Below are positions 39,374 through 50,107 of a stretch of DNA of 64,000 nucleotides, in pieces. Under the pieces are notes generated by a model. It was not told where the DNA came from, did not search any database, and saw only the letters and a program-made list of their open reading frames with translations. Where the stretch lies: assembly GCA_036918135.1 (NCBI GenBank), contig JBALDB010000054.1, positions 1-64,000 of the forward strand, written 5' to 3'. The position numbers and the translations under genes are program-made. Within the stretch, counting starts at the first letter, position 1; the number at the start of each line of letters is the position of its first letter. Source of the DNA: Nostoc sp. Its GTDB lineage: Bacteria > Cyanobacteriota > Cyanobacteriia > Cyanobacteriales > Nostocaceae.

Positions 39374-39852
39374 TTGAGTAGTTTCAAGTAATTCTTGCAA
39401 GCCGTCATCTAGTTTTTCGCCTGTAAGATATTTATCTATAGGCGAACGAATGTACTGCTTAGTTTGCAAGTAATGAGGATGGGGATAGCTTTGACCTTTT
39501 TAAATCTTCTGCAAGTGGGCCCAGAGTGTGAAGCATAATTATTTATACTTTGCTTTTTTTCTCTGTGCCCAATAGCCTAAGCGATCGCACTTGCTTTTGT
39601 CAGTCAGTGAAAGTAAGCAGTTTTATCTCATGTAGTTGCAAACAGTGAAAATATTTAATGCTAAGTGTATGCTTTTTTACTTTATAAGTGTCGATCGCAG
39701 TTAATAGCTAAGGCAAACAGCAGACTACGCCAAGACAACTGTTAACCTGATTTTTATTGTATTGCGATCGCCTTCACACTTTTGGGCATATATTAAAGAA
39801 ATGTGACATTTAATTGCGCTATTGTAAAAATCAGCTTTATATAAGTTGATTT

Positions 39853-42192
39853 ATGAGCCAGTCCGAAGATATTACTACCCAAGCCTCTGCTGTGACTAAT
39901 CACGAGCAGAAACCTATTCATATACCTGGCTCTATTCAACCTCATGGCGTACTCTTAGCACTTAGTAACCAGCTAGAAATAGTACAAGTAAGTAATAATA
40001 CTCAAAAATATTTGGGGAAACAGCCAGAAGATTTGTTTGGTCAACCCCTGAGCTATTTGCTCGATCCAAAAAAAGTAGAAGCTGTTAAGCAGTGCTTGGT
40101 GAAAAAAATTGGTAGTTCTAATGCATTTAAAGTCTTAATAAATACTCTAAATGGCGAACAATATTTTGATGCTATTGTTCATCGTACACAAGAGGCTGTG
40201 ATTGTAGAGCTAGAACCGACTGACTCGAAATCTGAATTGAGTTTTTTGGGCTTTCATGCTTTGGCGGGTGAAGCGATCGCAAAAATGCAAAGTACATCCA
40301 ATCTCAGAGAATTTTTGCAGATTGTGGCACAGGAAATCCAACAAATTGTTGGTTTCGATCGGGTGATGATCTATCAATTTGACGAATCACAAGCTGGTTC
40401 TGTTGTTGCAGAAGTCAAACGAGAGGATTTATCACCTTATTTAGGACTCCATTATCCCGCTACAGATATTCCAGCCCAGGCTAGGGAATTATACACACGT
40501 TGCTTTCTCCGATTCATCCCCGATTTGACTACCGAAGCTGTTAAGTTAGTTCCCACAGAAAATCTCACAACATATGAGCATCTTGATTTAAGCTACTCTG
40601 TCCTCCGAAGTTTTGATTGGTGTTGTACTGAATATCATCAAAATATGGGAGTTAAGGCTCTTTTGGTGATTTCGCTGATTCAAGAGCAGAAGCTTTGGGG
40701 ATTAATATCTTGCCATCATCAAACACCAAAATATATTTCTTACGAAGTACGCAAGATGTGCGAATTTTTGGGACAGATAGTCTCTTCGGAATTAGCGCAC
40801 AAAATTAGTCACTCGGAATGGGACTATGAAGCAAAGCTCAAATCGCTACAGTCTGAGTTTCTCCAGTCAATTTCCGAAGCAGACAATTTTATCGATGCCT
40901 TAATCAAACCTGAAATTCGTTTGCTGGGTCTAGTTAGTGCCTCAGGAGCAGCAATTTCTTTGGATAATGAAGTTGCGCTTGTGGGAGCAACACCGAATAT
41001 TGAACAAGTTCGCGGATTAATTGAATGGGCAGATAATCAAGTTAATGACAACCTGTTTTCCACTGATTCTTTGCCAAAGCTTTACCCAGAAGCGCTGACC
41101 TTCAAAGATACTGCTAGTGGCTTGCTGCTACTGCGGATTTCTAAAATCCAGCGCTATTACATCCTTTGGTTTCGTCCTGAAGTCATTAAAACGGTACACT
41201 GGGCAGGTAATCCCAACGAATTTATTCAAGCTCAGGCAGATGGTAGCCTCACCGTGCCTGTGCGTAAATCTTTTGCTGCTTGGCAAGAAACGGTTCGATT
41301 AACTTCTCTACCTTGGAGAGCGTCTGAACTTAAGAGTGCTGTTGGTTTGAGAAATGCGATCGTTGGTATTGTACTCTCGAAGGCCGATGAGTTAGCGAAA
41401 ATTAACTTAGAGTTGGAGCGCAGCAACCAAGAACTAGCCTCCTTTGCCTACGCTGCTTCCCATGACCTCAAAGAACCTTTGCGAGGTATTTATAACTTCT
41501 CGACGGTACTGCTGGAAGACTATGCCGAAATATTAGATGATGACGCAATTGAATATTTGCAGACAGTAATCTCCTTGTCTGTACGTATGGAAACACTGAT
41601 TAATGCGCTGCTGCGACTCTCCCAGTTAGGACAAGCACATTTACGAAAGCAAGCAACCGACCTCAACGAATTGGTCGCTCAAGTAATTGAAGTCTTCGGT
41701 GCTAGTCGCCAGAACTCTGGACTAGTCGATATTCGCATTCCTCGACCTTTACCTATAGTTCAATGCGATCGAGTTCTCGTCAACGAAGTCTTCAGTAACC
41801 TGATTGGTAATGCTCTCAAATACAACGATAAGCCACAGCAATGGATTGAGATTGGCTACCTAGATAAGGACACTCTGACACGGGGAAACTCTGAGGCGGG
41901 GAAAGATGAGAACACCGAGAAATTACTCACCGCGTCAGAACGTCATTCCCTCACAACGTCTTCTTTCCAATCCCCCATCTTTTATGTGCGCGATAACGGT
42001 ATTGGAATTCCAGAACATCATTTAGAAACCATCTTTCGACTATTTAAGCGGCTCCACTCCCAGGAAAAATACAGTGGCGGCACAGGTGCAGGGCTAGCTA
42101 TTGTTAAGAAAATTATTGAGCTTCACAATGGTCAAATTTGGGTTAAATCTATCGTAAGCATTGGCTCAATATTTTATTTTACGCTCGAATAG
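39853..42192 (+). CDS. Phytochrome-type PAS-GAF-PHY histidine kinase
   Basis: PIHIPGSIQPHG, GFDRVMIY, LGLHYPATDIPAQAR, LWGLISCHH, WFRPE, WAGNP, ASHDLKEPLR, DNGIGI, GAGL. Confidence 0.93.
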   Translation: MSQSEDITTQASAVTNHEQKPIHIPGSIQPHGVLLALSNQLEIVQVSNNTQKYLGKQPEDLFGQPLSYLLDPKKVEAVKQCLVKKIGSSNAFKVLINTLNGEQYFDAIVHRTQEAVIVELEPTDSKSELSFLGFHALAGEAIAKMQSTSNLREFLQIVAQEIQQIVGFDRVMIYQFDESQAGSVVAEVKREDLSPYLGLHYPATDIPAQARELYTRCFLRFIPDLTTEAVKLVPTENLTTYEHLDLSYSVLRSFDWCCTEYHQNMGVKALLVISLIQEQKLWGLISCHHQTPKYISYEVRKMCEFLGQIVSSELAHKISHSEWDYEAKLKSLQSEFLQSISEADNFIDALIKPEIRLLGLVSASGAAISLDNEVALVGATPNIEQVRGLIEWADNQVNDNLFSTDSLPKLYPEALTFKDTASGLLLLRISKIQRYYILWFRPEVIKTVHWAGNPNEFIQAQADGSLTVPVRKSFAAWQETVRLTSLPWRASELKSAVGLRNAIVGIVLSKADELAKINLELERSNQELASFAYAASHDLKEPLRGIYNFSTVLLEDYAEILDDDAIEYLQTVISLSVRMETLINALLRLSQLGQAHLRKQATDLNELVAQVIEVFGASRQNSGLVDIRIPRPLPIVQCDRVLVNEVFSNLIGNALKYNDKPQQWIEIGYLDKDTLTRGNSEAGKDENTEKLLTASERHSLTTSSFQSPIFYVRDNGIGIPEHHLETIFRLFKRLHSQEKYSGGTGAGLAIVKKIIELHNGQIWVKSIVSIGSIFYFTLE

Positions 42193-42244
42193 TTTAAGAT
42201 AGTTACCAATTATATACATTTGTTAAGTTCTTTTAAGACCAGAA

Positions 42245-42715
42245 ATGAAAAAAAAACTTCATGAGCCTCTGCTCGTTGTTGAGGACAGCAATGAAGATTA
42301 TCGGATGTTACAACGTCTGATGCGGCGCATGTCCGTCCAGAACCCCATACATCGTTGCACTAATGGTGATGAGGTTTTAGATTTCCTCCATCAGCAAACG
42401 AGCGATTATGCCCAGGGCGAAGACCTACTCAACTCTAAAGTAGTACCACGACCTTCTGTGATCTTGCTCGATCTCAATTTGCCAGGTATTGATGGGCGTG
42501 ACATCTTAGACCGACTCAAGCAAGACAAGAGTTTTAAGCAAATCCCGGTCGTTGTTTTTACTACATCATCCAACCCCAAAGATATTGAATTGTGCTACCA
42601 AAAGGGCGCAAACGGATATCTAGTAAAGCCGATGGATGCTCAAGAACTAAAAAAGACGATGCAGGCGTTCGTGGACTACTGGCTTGAAGCCAATACGTCC
42701 CCCGTGTTGGATTAA
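42245..42715 (+). CDS. Single-domain response regulator (Rcp-like phytochrome partner)
   Basis: LVVEDS, ILLDLNLPGIDG, FTTSSNPKD, GANGYLVKP, FVDYW. Confidence 0.92.
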   Translation: MKKKLHEPLLVVEDSNEDYRMLQRLMRRMSVQNPIHRCTNGDEVLDFLHQQTSDYAQGEDLLNSKVVPRPSVILLDLNLPGIDGRDILDRLKQDKSFKQIPVVVFTTSSNPKDIELCYQKGANGYLVKPMDAQELKKTMQAFVDYWLEANTSPVLD

Positions 42716-43059
42716 TTTGTTTATTTTCTACCGAGCGGGCAGTTAAGAACAAAGGGCACAGAGACATTCTCGTCTTTGAGTCACTGTTTTTGCTTGTTTA
42801 GCTGGAAAAAGGACTATGGAGTAGGCTAAGGATTGCTTTTCTATGTTTTGTTGTGGGATTTTTTGATGAATGATAGTCCTAGATTCGTTTTACCCATTTT
42901 CCTGTTTTTATTACTGTCTTTTACTATATTGAGATGGTTGAGAATTGCTAAAGAATTTAGATTTTATTTATATTTATTTGATATTGATTTTAGAATAATC
43001 CAATAAAACCCAATCTGGATAAAAGGGATTTACATCGCTCCCCAATCCTCATACGTAAT

Positions 43060-44931
43060 ATGTTGGACACATGGACGCTACTCATCATCGATGATTGTAC
43101 AGCAGATCGGAAAATCTATCGTCGATATCTTTTGAAAGATCCGCACCAGTCCTACCAGATTTGGGAGGCAGACTGTGCAGAAGAAGGACTTGCTTTGTGT
43201 CAAAAGATGCACTTTGATGTCATTCTGCTGGATTTTTGCCTACCTGATATGAGTGGGTTAGAACTTTTCGATCAGCTCAAGCAGGAAATATTTCAGACTT
43301 CTGTACCTGTGATTATGTTAACAGGGCGTGGTGATGAAGAAATTGCTGTGCAAGCAATGAAACGAGGTGCCCTAGATTATTTGGTCAAACAGCACTTAAC
43401 ACAGGATGTATTGCAACTAATAGTCCGCAACGCCATCAAGCAATTGTGCTTGCAAGCCCAACTCAGTAAAACTCAGGAGCGGCAGCGCTTAATTGCTACA
43501 ACTGCTTTGAGAATTCGTCAGTCTCTTGACCTAGAGCAAATTTTGAATACGGCTGTAGCCGAGGTACAGCAACTTTTAAAGTGCGATCGCGTGATAGTAT
43601 ATCAATCTGCCGCAGATAGAGAAGGTAAAATAGTTGCCTCTTCAGTTGAGTCATGCTGCACTATAGCAGTGTGCGATCGGGTAGGGGATCGCAAAGAGGA
43701 CACAGAAAAAACTCTATGCGCCGCCTTTGAGCGATCGGAACTTCTGCTAAGAAAGACGCTGCGCGAACGAACCACACAAACACAAGAAGTCCCAGGGTCT
43801 GCTTCTGGCGCTCGAAACTTTGGAGGACACAAAGATACAGATTTTTTCACTGCATCAGAGCGTCATCCTGTCACCACCTCTTATTCCCAATCCTCAATCC
43901 CCATTGCCCCTAATCTCCTTCAGGAGTACCGAGACCCCCAATCCCCAATCCCTCATATTTACGAGCTTGGGTTGTGTAATTGTCTGAGCTTGAAAGAGCA
44001 ATTTAATACTCAATCAAATCTCGTGGTTCCGATTAATCTGAGCAACAATGGCAACCCAACTCCTAAGCCTTGGGGTTTGTTGATTGCTTTCCATAATTCT
44101 TTTGAACAACAGTGGCAAGCTGATGATGCCCAGATGCTCAATGAAGTATCGGTGCAACTAGCGATCGCTATCCAGCAAGCGGAACTGCTAGCCCAAACTC
44201 AAGCAGCCCTAGCAAAAGAAAAGCAACTCAATGCATTTAAATCCCAAATTATTGGCACGGTTTCTCATGAGTATCGAACGCCCTTAACTTCTATTCTGGC
44301 TGCTGCATCAACTTTAGGAAAACATAGCCAGCAACTTGATGAGTCGAAACAACAAAAGTTTCTGGGAATTATTGAACAAAAAGCCAGGTATATGTCCAAA
44401 CTTGTGGATAATATGCTTTTGGTTAACCAATTTGAAGTCGATAAACCGAAGCTCAAGCCAACGCAGCTTGACTTATTGCAATTTTTTTCTGAACTGATAG
44501 AACAAGAGCGAGAAATAGCAGGCGATCGCCACGAATTGATTTTTAAAGTTACCGGGAGTAACCACGGCTTTTGGGGCAATCGCGGACTTTTGCAGCAAAT
44601 TTTTAATAACTTAGTGTCCAATGCAATTAAGTATTCTCCAGATGGAGGTACTGTAGAGTTTCACCTGATCGGCAAAGAATCACAAGTCATTTTTTCCGTC
44701 AAAGATTGGGGAATTGGTATCCCAACGGCAGATCAAGAAAATTTGTTTCAATCTTTCAGTCGTGGAAGTAACGTTGATACAATTCCCGGCACAGGTTTAG
44801 GGTTGGCGATCGCCAAAGCTTGTGTAGAATTACATGGTGGTAATATCACCTTATTGAGTCAAGTGGGACAAGGAACTAAAGTTACAGTCAGCTTACCGAA
44901 GGTATTCCCAACCGCTCAAGCTAATTTGTAA
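43060..44931 (+). CDS. Hybrid sensor kinase (REC-GAF-HisKA-HATPase)
   Basis: LIIDD..LLDFCLPD, RIRQSLDLEQIL, VSHEYRTPL, NAIKYS, GTGLGL. Confidence 0.92.
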   Translation: MLDTWTLLIIDDCTADRKIYRRYLLKDPHQSYQIWEADCAEEGLALCQKMHFDVILLDFCLPDMSGLELFDQLKQEIFQTSVPVIMLTGRGDEEIAVQAMKRGALDYLVKQHLTQDVLQLIVRNAIKQLCLQAQLSKTQERQRLIATTALRIRQSLDLEQILNTAVAEVQQLLKCDRVIVYQSAADREGKIVASSVESCCTIAVCDRVGDRKEDTEKTLCAAFERSELLLRKTLRERTTQTQEVPGSASGARNFGGHKDTDFFTASERHPVTTSYSQSSIPIAPNLLQEYRDPQSPIPHIYELGLCNCLSLKEQFNTQSNLVVPINLSNNGNPTPKPWGLLIAFHNSFEQQWQADDAQMLNEVSVQLAIAIQQAELLAQTQAALAKEKQLNAFKSQIIGTVSHEYRTPLTSILAAASTLGKHSQQLDESKQQKFLGIIEQKARYMSKLVDNMLLVNQFEVDKPKLKPTQLDLLQFFSELIEQEREIAGDRHELIFKVTGSNHGFWGNRGLLQQIFNNLVSNAIKYSPDGGTVEFHLIGKESQVIFSVKDWGIGIPTADQENLFQSFSRGSNVDTIPGTGLGLAIAKACVELHGGNITLLSQVGQGTKVTVSLPKVFPTAQANL

Positions 44932-45046
44932 TACTCGCCCTAGTGTGAGAAGCAAGTTATGTGTTTTTGATAATTATTACCCCACACCGCGCATGTGGGA
45001 GCTTGAATAATGAATAAAAACTTTAAAAACTGGAAGTATCGATTTT

Positions 45047-45931
45047 GTGTTATTTCAAGGTTTTCTCAACTTAAACAAACCTTATAACTGGACTTCTCAC
45101 GACTGTGTGGCACGGGTGCGAAAACTATTGCGCCTCAAACGTGTGGGACATGCGGGTACTTTAGATCCAGCAGCTACCGGGGTGTTACCCATCGCTGTTG
45201 GTAAAGCCACAAGACTATTGCAATATCTACCAGAAGAAAAAGCTTACAAAGCCACAATTCGGTTAGGTGTGCGTACCACAACCGATGATTTACAAGGTGA
45301 AATTATTAATTCTCAAGCTTGTGCTGGATTGAATTTGGCACAAGTGAAAACTGCACTATCAAAATTTCAAGGAAAAATTGAGCAAGTACCACCAAGTTAT
45401 AGCGCAATTCAAGTCGATGGAAAACGTCTCTACGACTTAGCACGTAAAGGTGAAATAGTAGAAGTTCCAGTGCGAACAGTGGAAGTTTTTCACATAGAGA
45501 TTTTGGACTGGCGAGAAGGAGATTTTCCAGAATTGGATGTGGCGATTGCCTGTGGAAGTGGTACATATATTAGAGCGATCGCTCGTGACTTGGGTGCAAT
45601 TTTAGAAACTGGTGGCACCCTTGCGGCTTTAATTCGTACCGAAAGTAGTGGTTTTAATTTAACAGATAGTCTGACTTTGACAGATTTAGAAACACAACTG
45701 CAAGCCGGAATATTTCAACCCATTTCTCCAGATGCGCCATTACAACATCTATCATCAGTTACTTTACCACTAACAGCTGCTCAAAAATGGTGCCAAGGTC
45801 AGCGAATTTCTCTAACTTTTGATGTTCCTGGAATAGTGCGAGTTTACGATCGAGAGACTCGCTTTTTAGGTATTGGAGAATTACAAGATGAAGTGTTGAT
45901 TCCCCAAATGGTTTTTGAAGCTATTTCTTAA
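45047..45931 (+). CDS. truB: tRNA pseudouridine(55) synthase
   Basis: [50 protein letters not shown]. Confidence 0.97.
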   Translation: MLFQGFLNLNKPYNWTSHDCVARVRKLLRLKRVGHAGTLDPAATGVLPIAVGKATRLLQYLPEEKAYKATIRLGVRTTTDDLQGEIINSQACAGLNLAQVKTALSKFQGKIEQVPPSYSAIQVDGKRLYDLARKGEIVEVPVRTVEVFHIEILDWREGDFPELDVAIACGSGTYIRAIARDLGAILETGGTLAALIRTESSGFNLTDSLTLTDLETQLQAGIFQPISPDAPLQHLSSVTLPLTAAQKWCQGQRISLTFDVPGIVRVYDRETRFLGIGELQDEVLIPQMVFEAIS

Positions 45932-46031
45932 AGTAAGCGAACTTAAATGAAATTATGATTTAAATTAGAGGATTAGAAACTAAAACTTAAGGTATTTTAG
46001 AACATTTATTTGCCAGAGAGGAGAACGGCGA

Positions 46032-46904
46032 GTGATGAATGATCGCCACAGTTACAATACTACTGCTGCAAATCTCAACGTCTACGTCCAAGGTCAAGGA
46101 TTTCCCATTTTAGCCCTACACGGTCATCCTGGTTCTGGTCGTAGTCTTTCTGTGTTCACTAATCATTTATCAAAATGCTACCAAACTTTTGCCCCAGATT
46201 TACGTGGATATGGTAAAAGTCGCTATTATGGCAATTTTGACATGAATGACCATTTGAATGACTTAGAAGCCCTGCTAGACCGTTTTGATATTCAAAAATG
46301 CTTATTATTAGGATGGTCACTTGGCGGTATTTTGGCAATGGAACTGGCATTACGTCTGCCAAAGCGCGTTACAGGTATGATTTTGGTAGCGACAGCCGCA
46401 AAACCGCGTGGTAGTCATCCTCCCATTACTTGGCAAGATAATTTATATACTGGTGTTGCTGCCTTACTAAACTATATAAAACCGAGTTGGCAGTGGAATA
46501 TTGAAACCTTTGGCAAGCGATCGCTTTTTCGCTACTTAATCCAACAACATACATCTATTAGTTACAGTTATATTGCCACCGAAGCAGTGCCGGCATATTT
46601 ACAAACCTCTTCTGCTGCGACTCGCGCTCTTTATAGCGCAATTCAAGCCGGGTATGACAGACTTTTAGACTTGCCACAAATTCAATGTCCTAGTTTGGTA
46701 CTTGCTGGAGTCCAAGACCGTCACATCACAGTTGATTCCAGCTTAGAAACTGCTCGACACCTGAACAATAGCCAATGGCAATCCTATCCCAACACTGCCC
46801 ACCTTTTCCCGTGGGAAGTTCCCCACCTGGTACTAAATGACATTGACCGTTGGTTAGAAGAACATCCCCAGGTAACAGGACGCGGCGACGCAGTGACGCG
46901 GTGA
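46032..46904 (+). CDS. Alpha/beta hydrolase
   Basis: LHGHPG, PDLRGYGKS, GWSLGG, AHLFPWE. Confidence 0.9.
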   Translation: MMNDRHSYNTTAANLNVYVQGQGFPILALHGHPGSGRSLSVFTNHLSKCYQTFAPDLRGYGKSRYYGNFDMNDHLNDLEALLDRFDIQKCLLLGWSLGGILAMELALRLPKRVTGMILVATAAKPRGSHPPITWQDNLYTGVAALLNYIKPSWQWNIETFGKRSLFRYLIQQHTSISYSYIATEAVPAYLQTSSAATRALYSAIQAGYDRLLDLPQIQCPSLVLAGVQDRHITVDSSLETARHLNNSQWQSYPNTAHLFPWEVPHLVLNDIDRWLEEHPQVTGRGDAVTR

Positions 46905-47012
46905 AAGAAGATGCGAAGAAGGGGAAATGTAAGGACGACGTGCTAAAAGAATTCTCGGTGTCCCCGTTTCTTTGTGTCTCCGTGTCCTCGCGTCTTCTTC
47001 ATTCTGCCTAAA

Positions 47013-47315
47013 TTAAATTTGACCGCCAAAGGCAGGCTGTACTTTGCGGTCAAACCTTTCCCCCAAGTCTTCAGCAATTGTTAAATTATCGGGTTTACAA
47101 CGTTTGACATTTACTGTAATTCCCTGCGCTCCTTCAATCTCCAAATCTTCTATATATCCCATGCTAGCCAATTTTGCTTCAGAAGAACTCAGAAATGGCC
47201 CGAAGTAATACGTGCAGCGGGGATTTTGCGTTACAATCTCTACCCACCAAGCCAAGCCGAAGTAGTCGAATGTATTAAGCAACCCTTCCTTGAGGTTATG
47301 CCAAATGGTTTTCAT
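47013..47315 (-). CDS. DUF1816-family protein
   Basis: WWVEIVTQNPRCTYYFGPF..GYIEDLEIEGA..RCKPDNLTI. Confidence 0.88.
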   Translation of the reverse strand: MKTIWHNLKEGLLNTFDYFGLAWWVEIVTQNPRCTYYFGPFLSSSEAKLASMGYIEDLEIEGAQGITVNVKRCKPDNLTIAEDLGERFDRKVQPAFGGQI

Positions 47316-47402
47316 AGTTTTCGCCGATTTATAAACGTGCTACAGGGTGTCAAAAAATATGTTACTTGATTAACATTTACATTTCTTTATACTCTTTTAG
47401 GG

Positions 47403-48374
47403 TTATTTTTTCAAAGAAGTTTTTTGTAATTTATCTAAATGCAGGGTATTTAGCGACCGCTGGCGATAAATTTCATAGAGTGCCATGCCTGCTGCTACCG
47501 AGGCATTGAGGCTAGGAGTTTTGCCCTGTAAGGGAATTGATACTAAGACATCGCACGAGCGTTGAGTTAACATACTCAGACCTTCACCTTCAGAACCAAT
47601 TACTAAAGCGATAGGCCCGCTAAAATTGACTGTATGTAAGGGTTCACTGCCAGTTGCAGCAGTACCATAAATCCAAAACCCAGCAGTTTTTAATTCTTCT
47701 AAAGCGCGGCTAAGGTTGACAACTCTTGCTACAGAAAAATTTTCTAAAGCACCTGCTGCAACTTTGACAACAGTGGAAGTGATCCCAGAAGCCCTTCTTT
47801 GAGGTATCACTAATCCTTGAGCGCCGATTGCCTCAGCAGTGCGAATAATTGCTCCCAAGTTGTGGGGATCGGTAATTCCATCAGCCACAACAATTACGGC
47901 ATCGGTTACAGATTTTGCTTGCTCTATCAGATCCGGCAATTCGATGTAGGTGTAGGGAGCAATTTGTGCCGCCACACCTTGATGATTAGAGTTATTGGTA
48001 ATTTGATCTAAGCGCTTGGGTTCAACTTCGTCAATAACTGTACCATTTTCTTTTGCTTGCAAAAGTAAATGATGAAAGTTGGGATCGTAGCGCAGACGGG
48101 TAGTAATCCAGATGCGGTTGAGACCGCGCTGATTTTGCAATGCACTCAATACGGGATGACGACCGTAAATTAAATCGCTATCTTCTGTTGATTTTGTAGA
48201 TAAAGAGGGATGGGAGAAGTTGCTATTTTGTCGGCGGGAGTTGTCAATAGGCTTACTATCTATTTTTTTGGGATTGCGAATCGGATTAGTAACAACACGC
48301 TTGCCCTGAAGTTTTACGGGTTGCCCACGATTCGGTTCGCTGGAAGTCTTCATTTTACTCGGTTTATTCGACAT
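47403..48374 (-). CDS. rlmB: 23S rRNA (G2251-2'-O)-methyltransferase
   Basis: [42 protein letters not shown]. Confidence 0.93.
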   Translation of the reverse strand: MSNKPSKMKTSSEPNRGQPVKLQGKRVVTNPIRNPKKIDSKPIDNSRRQNSNFSHPSLSTKSTEDSDLIYGRHPVLSALQNQRGLNRIWITTRLRYDPNFHHLLLQAKENGTVIDEVEPKRLDQITNNSNHQGVAAQIAPYTYIELPDLIEQAKSVTDAVIVVADGITDPHNLGAIIRTAEAIGAQGLVIPQRRASGITSTVVKVAAGALENFSVARVVNLSRALEELKTAGFWIYGTAATGSEPLHTVNFSGPIALVIGSEGEGLSMLTQRSCDVLVSIPLQGKTPSLNASVAAGMALYEIYRQRSLNTLHLDKLQKTSLKK

Positions 48375-48466
48375 TTGAGTTTTAGGATATAGCGTATAGT
48401 AGGCATCTCGATCGGCCAATTTCCCAGACCTATCTCTACTGTTTTAATGATTCGTGAAAGTTCTCA

Positions 48467-48946
48467 CTATTTGTTTAGATGGAGTATTTCAAATAGTTCG
48501 GTTAGGCGCTGGTAATCGGTGAGATACAGGTAGCCAATTAAGGTTTCTAGACTAGTTGCCTGTTGATAAATTTCGGGATCGAGTCGCTTAGGGCGTCCTG
48601 TGGCAGCGTTTCGACCCCGGCGGATAATTTCTAATTCGCTGTCCCTCAGATGAGGAGTTAGCGATCGCAAATGTAGCGCTTGTGTTTCCGCTCTTACCTG
48701 TGCCACTACTAGACGATGGTAAGTTTCTGGTCGCTGTAGTGGTAGCAGATAGAACATTCTAACATACACTTCATAAATTGCATCCCCCAAATATGCTAAA
48801 GCAGTGGGAGAAATTTGTTGTACTTGTGAAAGAGAAATCTGTTGGGATAATGGCGCTGTAGTTGCCAAGAGTGCTTGAGTCCAAGATAAATTCTCTTTTG
48901 GAGTTTCATCTTGTCCATCTAATAGCTCTTCCTCCTTTGACTTCAC
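48467..48946 (-). CDS. mrnC: Mini-ribonuclease III
   Basis: LAYLGDAIYE, RRGRNA, ATSLETLIGYLYL; adjacent to rlmB. Confidence 0.92.
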   Translation of the reverse strand: MKSKEEELLDGQDETPKENLSWTQALLATTAPLSQQISLSQVQQISPTALAYLGDAIYEVYVRMFYLLPLQRPETYHRLVVAQVRAETQALHLRSLTPHLRDSELEIIRRGRNAATGRPKRLDPEIYQQATSLETLIGYLYLTDYQRLTELFEILHLNK

Positions 48947-49565
48947 AAATAAATGATTCCTTGACTAGCTCAATTTTTCAGGCATTCTTCGCAAAGTATT
49001 GATATTTCTGAAGTATGCCATCAGAATATACCTAGCATAATCAACACTATCAAAATTACTGACTAAATTTTATCTTTTTTGATTAAAACTTTGCATTTTG
49101 GATCGCTCTGATGTCAACCTTCTGTGAACATAATTTCGTATACTGATTGTGGTCTATGCCTTACATTAGATAAAATTTTGACATCCTAGCTCTCCTTTGA
49201 AATTCACTACATTGCTATATTTGCTTAGTAGGCAATGAATCCCAAGCTGAAAATATCAAGTAAAGTTTAGATATACATTAATCTGTTGGCTTTGTTTGCT
49301 GACAACTTTCTTTGGTTTGAGCTTTTATCAAAATATCATAACCAACAGGTTAATGATTTTATAAACAAATCTCCAAACTTCCTTTTCTAGTCTGCAAATT
49401 GGCTGTTTATATCTTTATCCTTAGTCAGTTTTAAATATAATAGCCAAACTGGCTTTTTGCCTCTCCCACAAGGAGAGAGGTTTTTGCCAGAAGTTTTAAT
49501 AATTGAGCTATCCGATGTTGAATCTGGATAGCTTAAGTTAATCTCAAGAGGTCGAGCAATCAAGA

Positions 49566-49928
49566 CTACTTGACATTTTCTAGAGCATCTTCAACTGATT
49601 TTTGCAGGGAGAGAAACTTCTCTAGGCGAACAAGCTTGACCGTTTGAGTTACGCGGGCATTCGTGACAATTTGCAAAGTGCCATTAGCGTTTTGAGCCTT
49701 CTTGGCTGCCTGCACCAGAGCACCCAAGCCAGAGCTATCAATAAAGTCGATTTGTGAAAGATCCAAAATAATATGCTTAGGACCTTCGTCAATCTTGCTC
49801 TCAAGTACCTTGCGAAATGTCGGCTCAGAAAAAGCATCTAACAAACCTGTGAGGCGGAATAGCTGGCAGTTATCCCGGATTTCACGAGTGCCTCTCAGGC
49901 TCACGGTTAGATTTAGTGGCTCAGCAAT
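49566..49928 (-). CDS. STAS-domain anti-sigma-factor antagonist
   Basis: LTGLLDAF, ILDLSQIDFIDSSGLGALV; start is ATT at 49928 or GTG at 49904. Confidence 0.9.
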   Translation of the reverse strand: MAEPLNLTVSLRGTREIRDNCQLFRLTGLLDAFSEPTFRKVLESKIDEGPKHIILDLSQIDFIDSSGLGALVQAAKKAQNANGTLQIVTNARVTQTVKLVRLEKFLSLQKSVEDALENVK

Positions 49929-50107
49929 AATTCCCTCCTCATAAGTTTAAAGTGAACGCTCAAGTATAGATGGTTTTTGAGCAAGTTGTCTACAATCTGC
50001 TGGAGTAAGGGGGATTGGACAAACAGGGAGTCGTGAGTTAGGAGTTAGGAGTTACCCCCCCTGCTCCCCTGCTCCCCTACTCCTGTGCTTGCTCATTTCC
50101 ACAGTAC

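Noticed and set aside
48950..49560. 600-bp intergenic region as an ncRNA locus
   Set aside because: AT-rich with only terminator-like hairpins near 49460-49535; no RNA family recognisable by eye.
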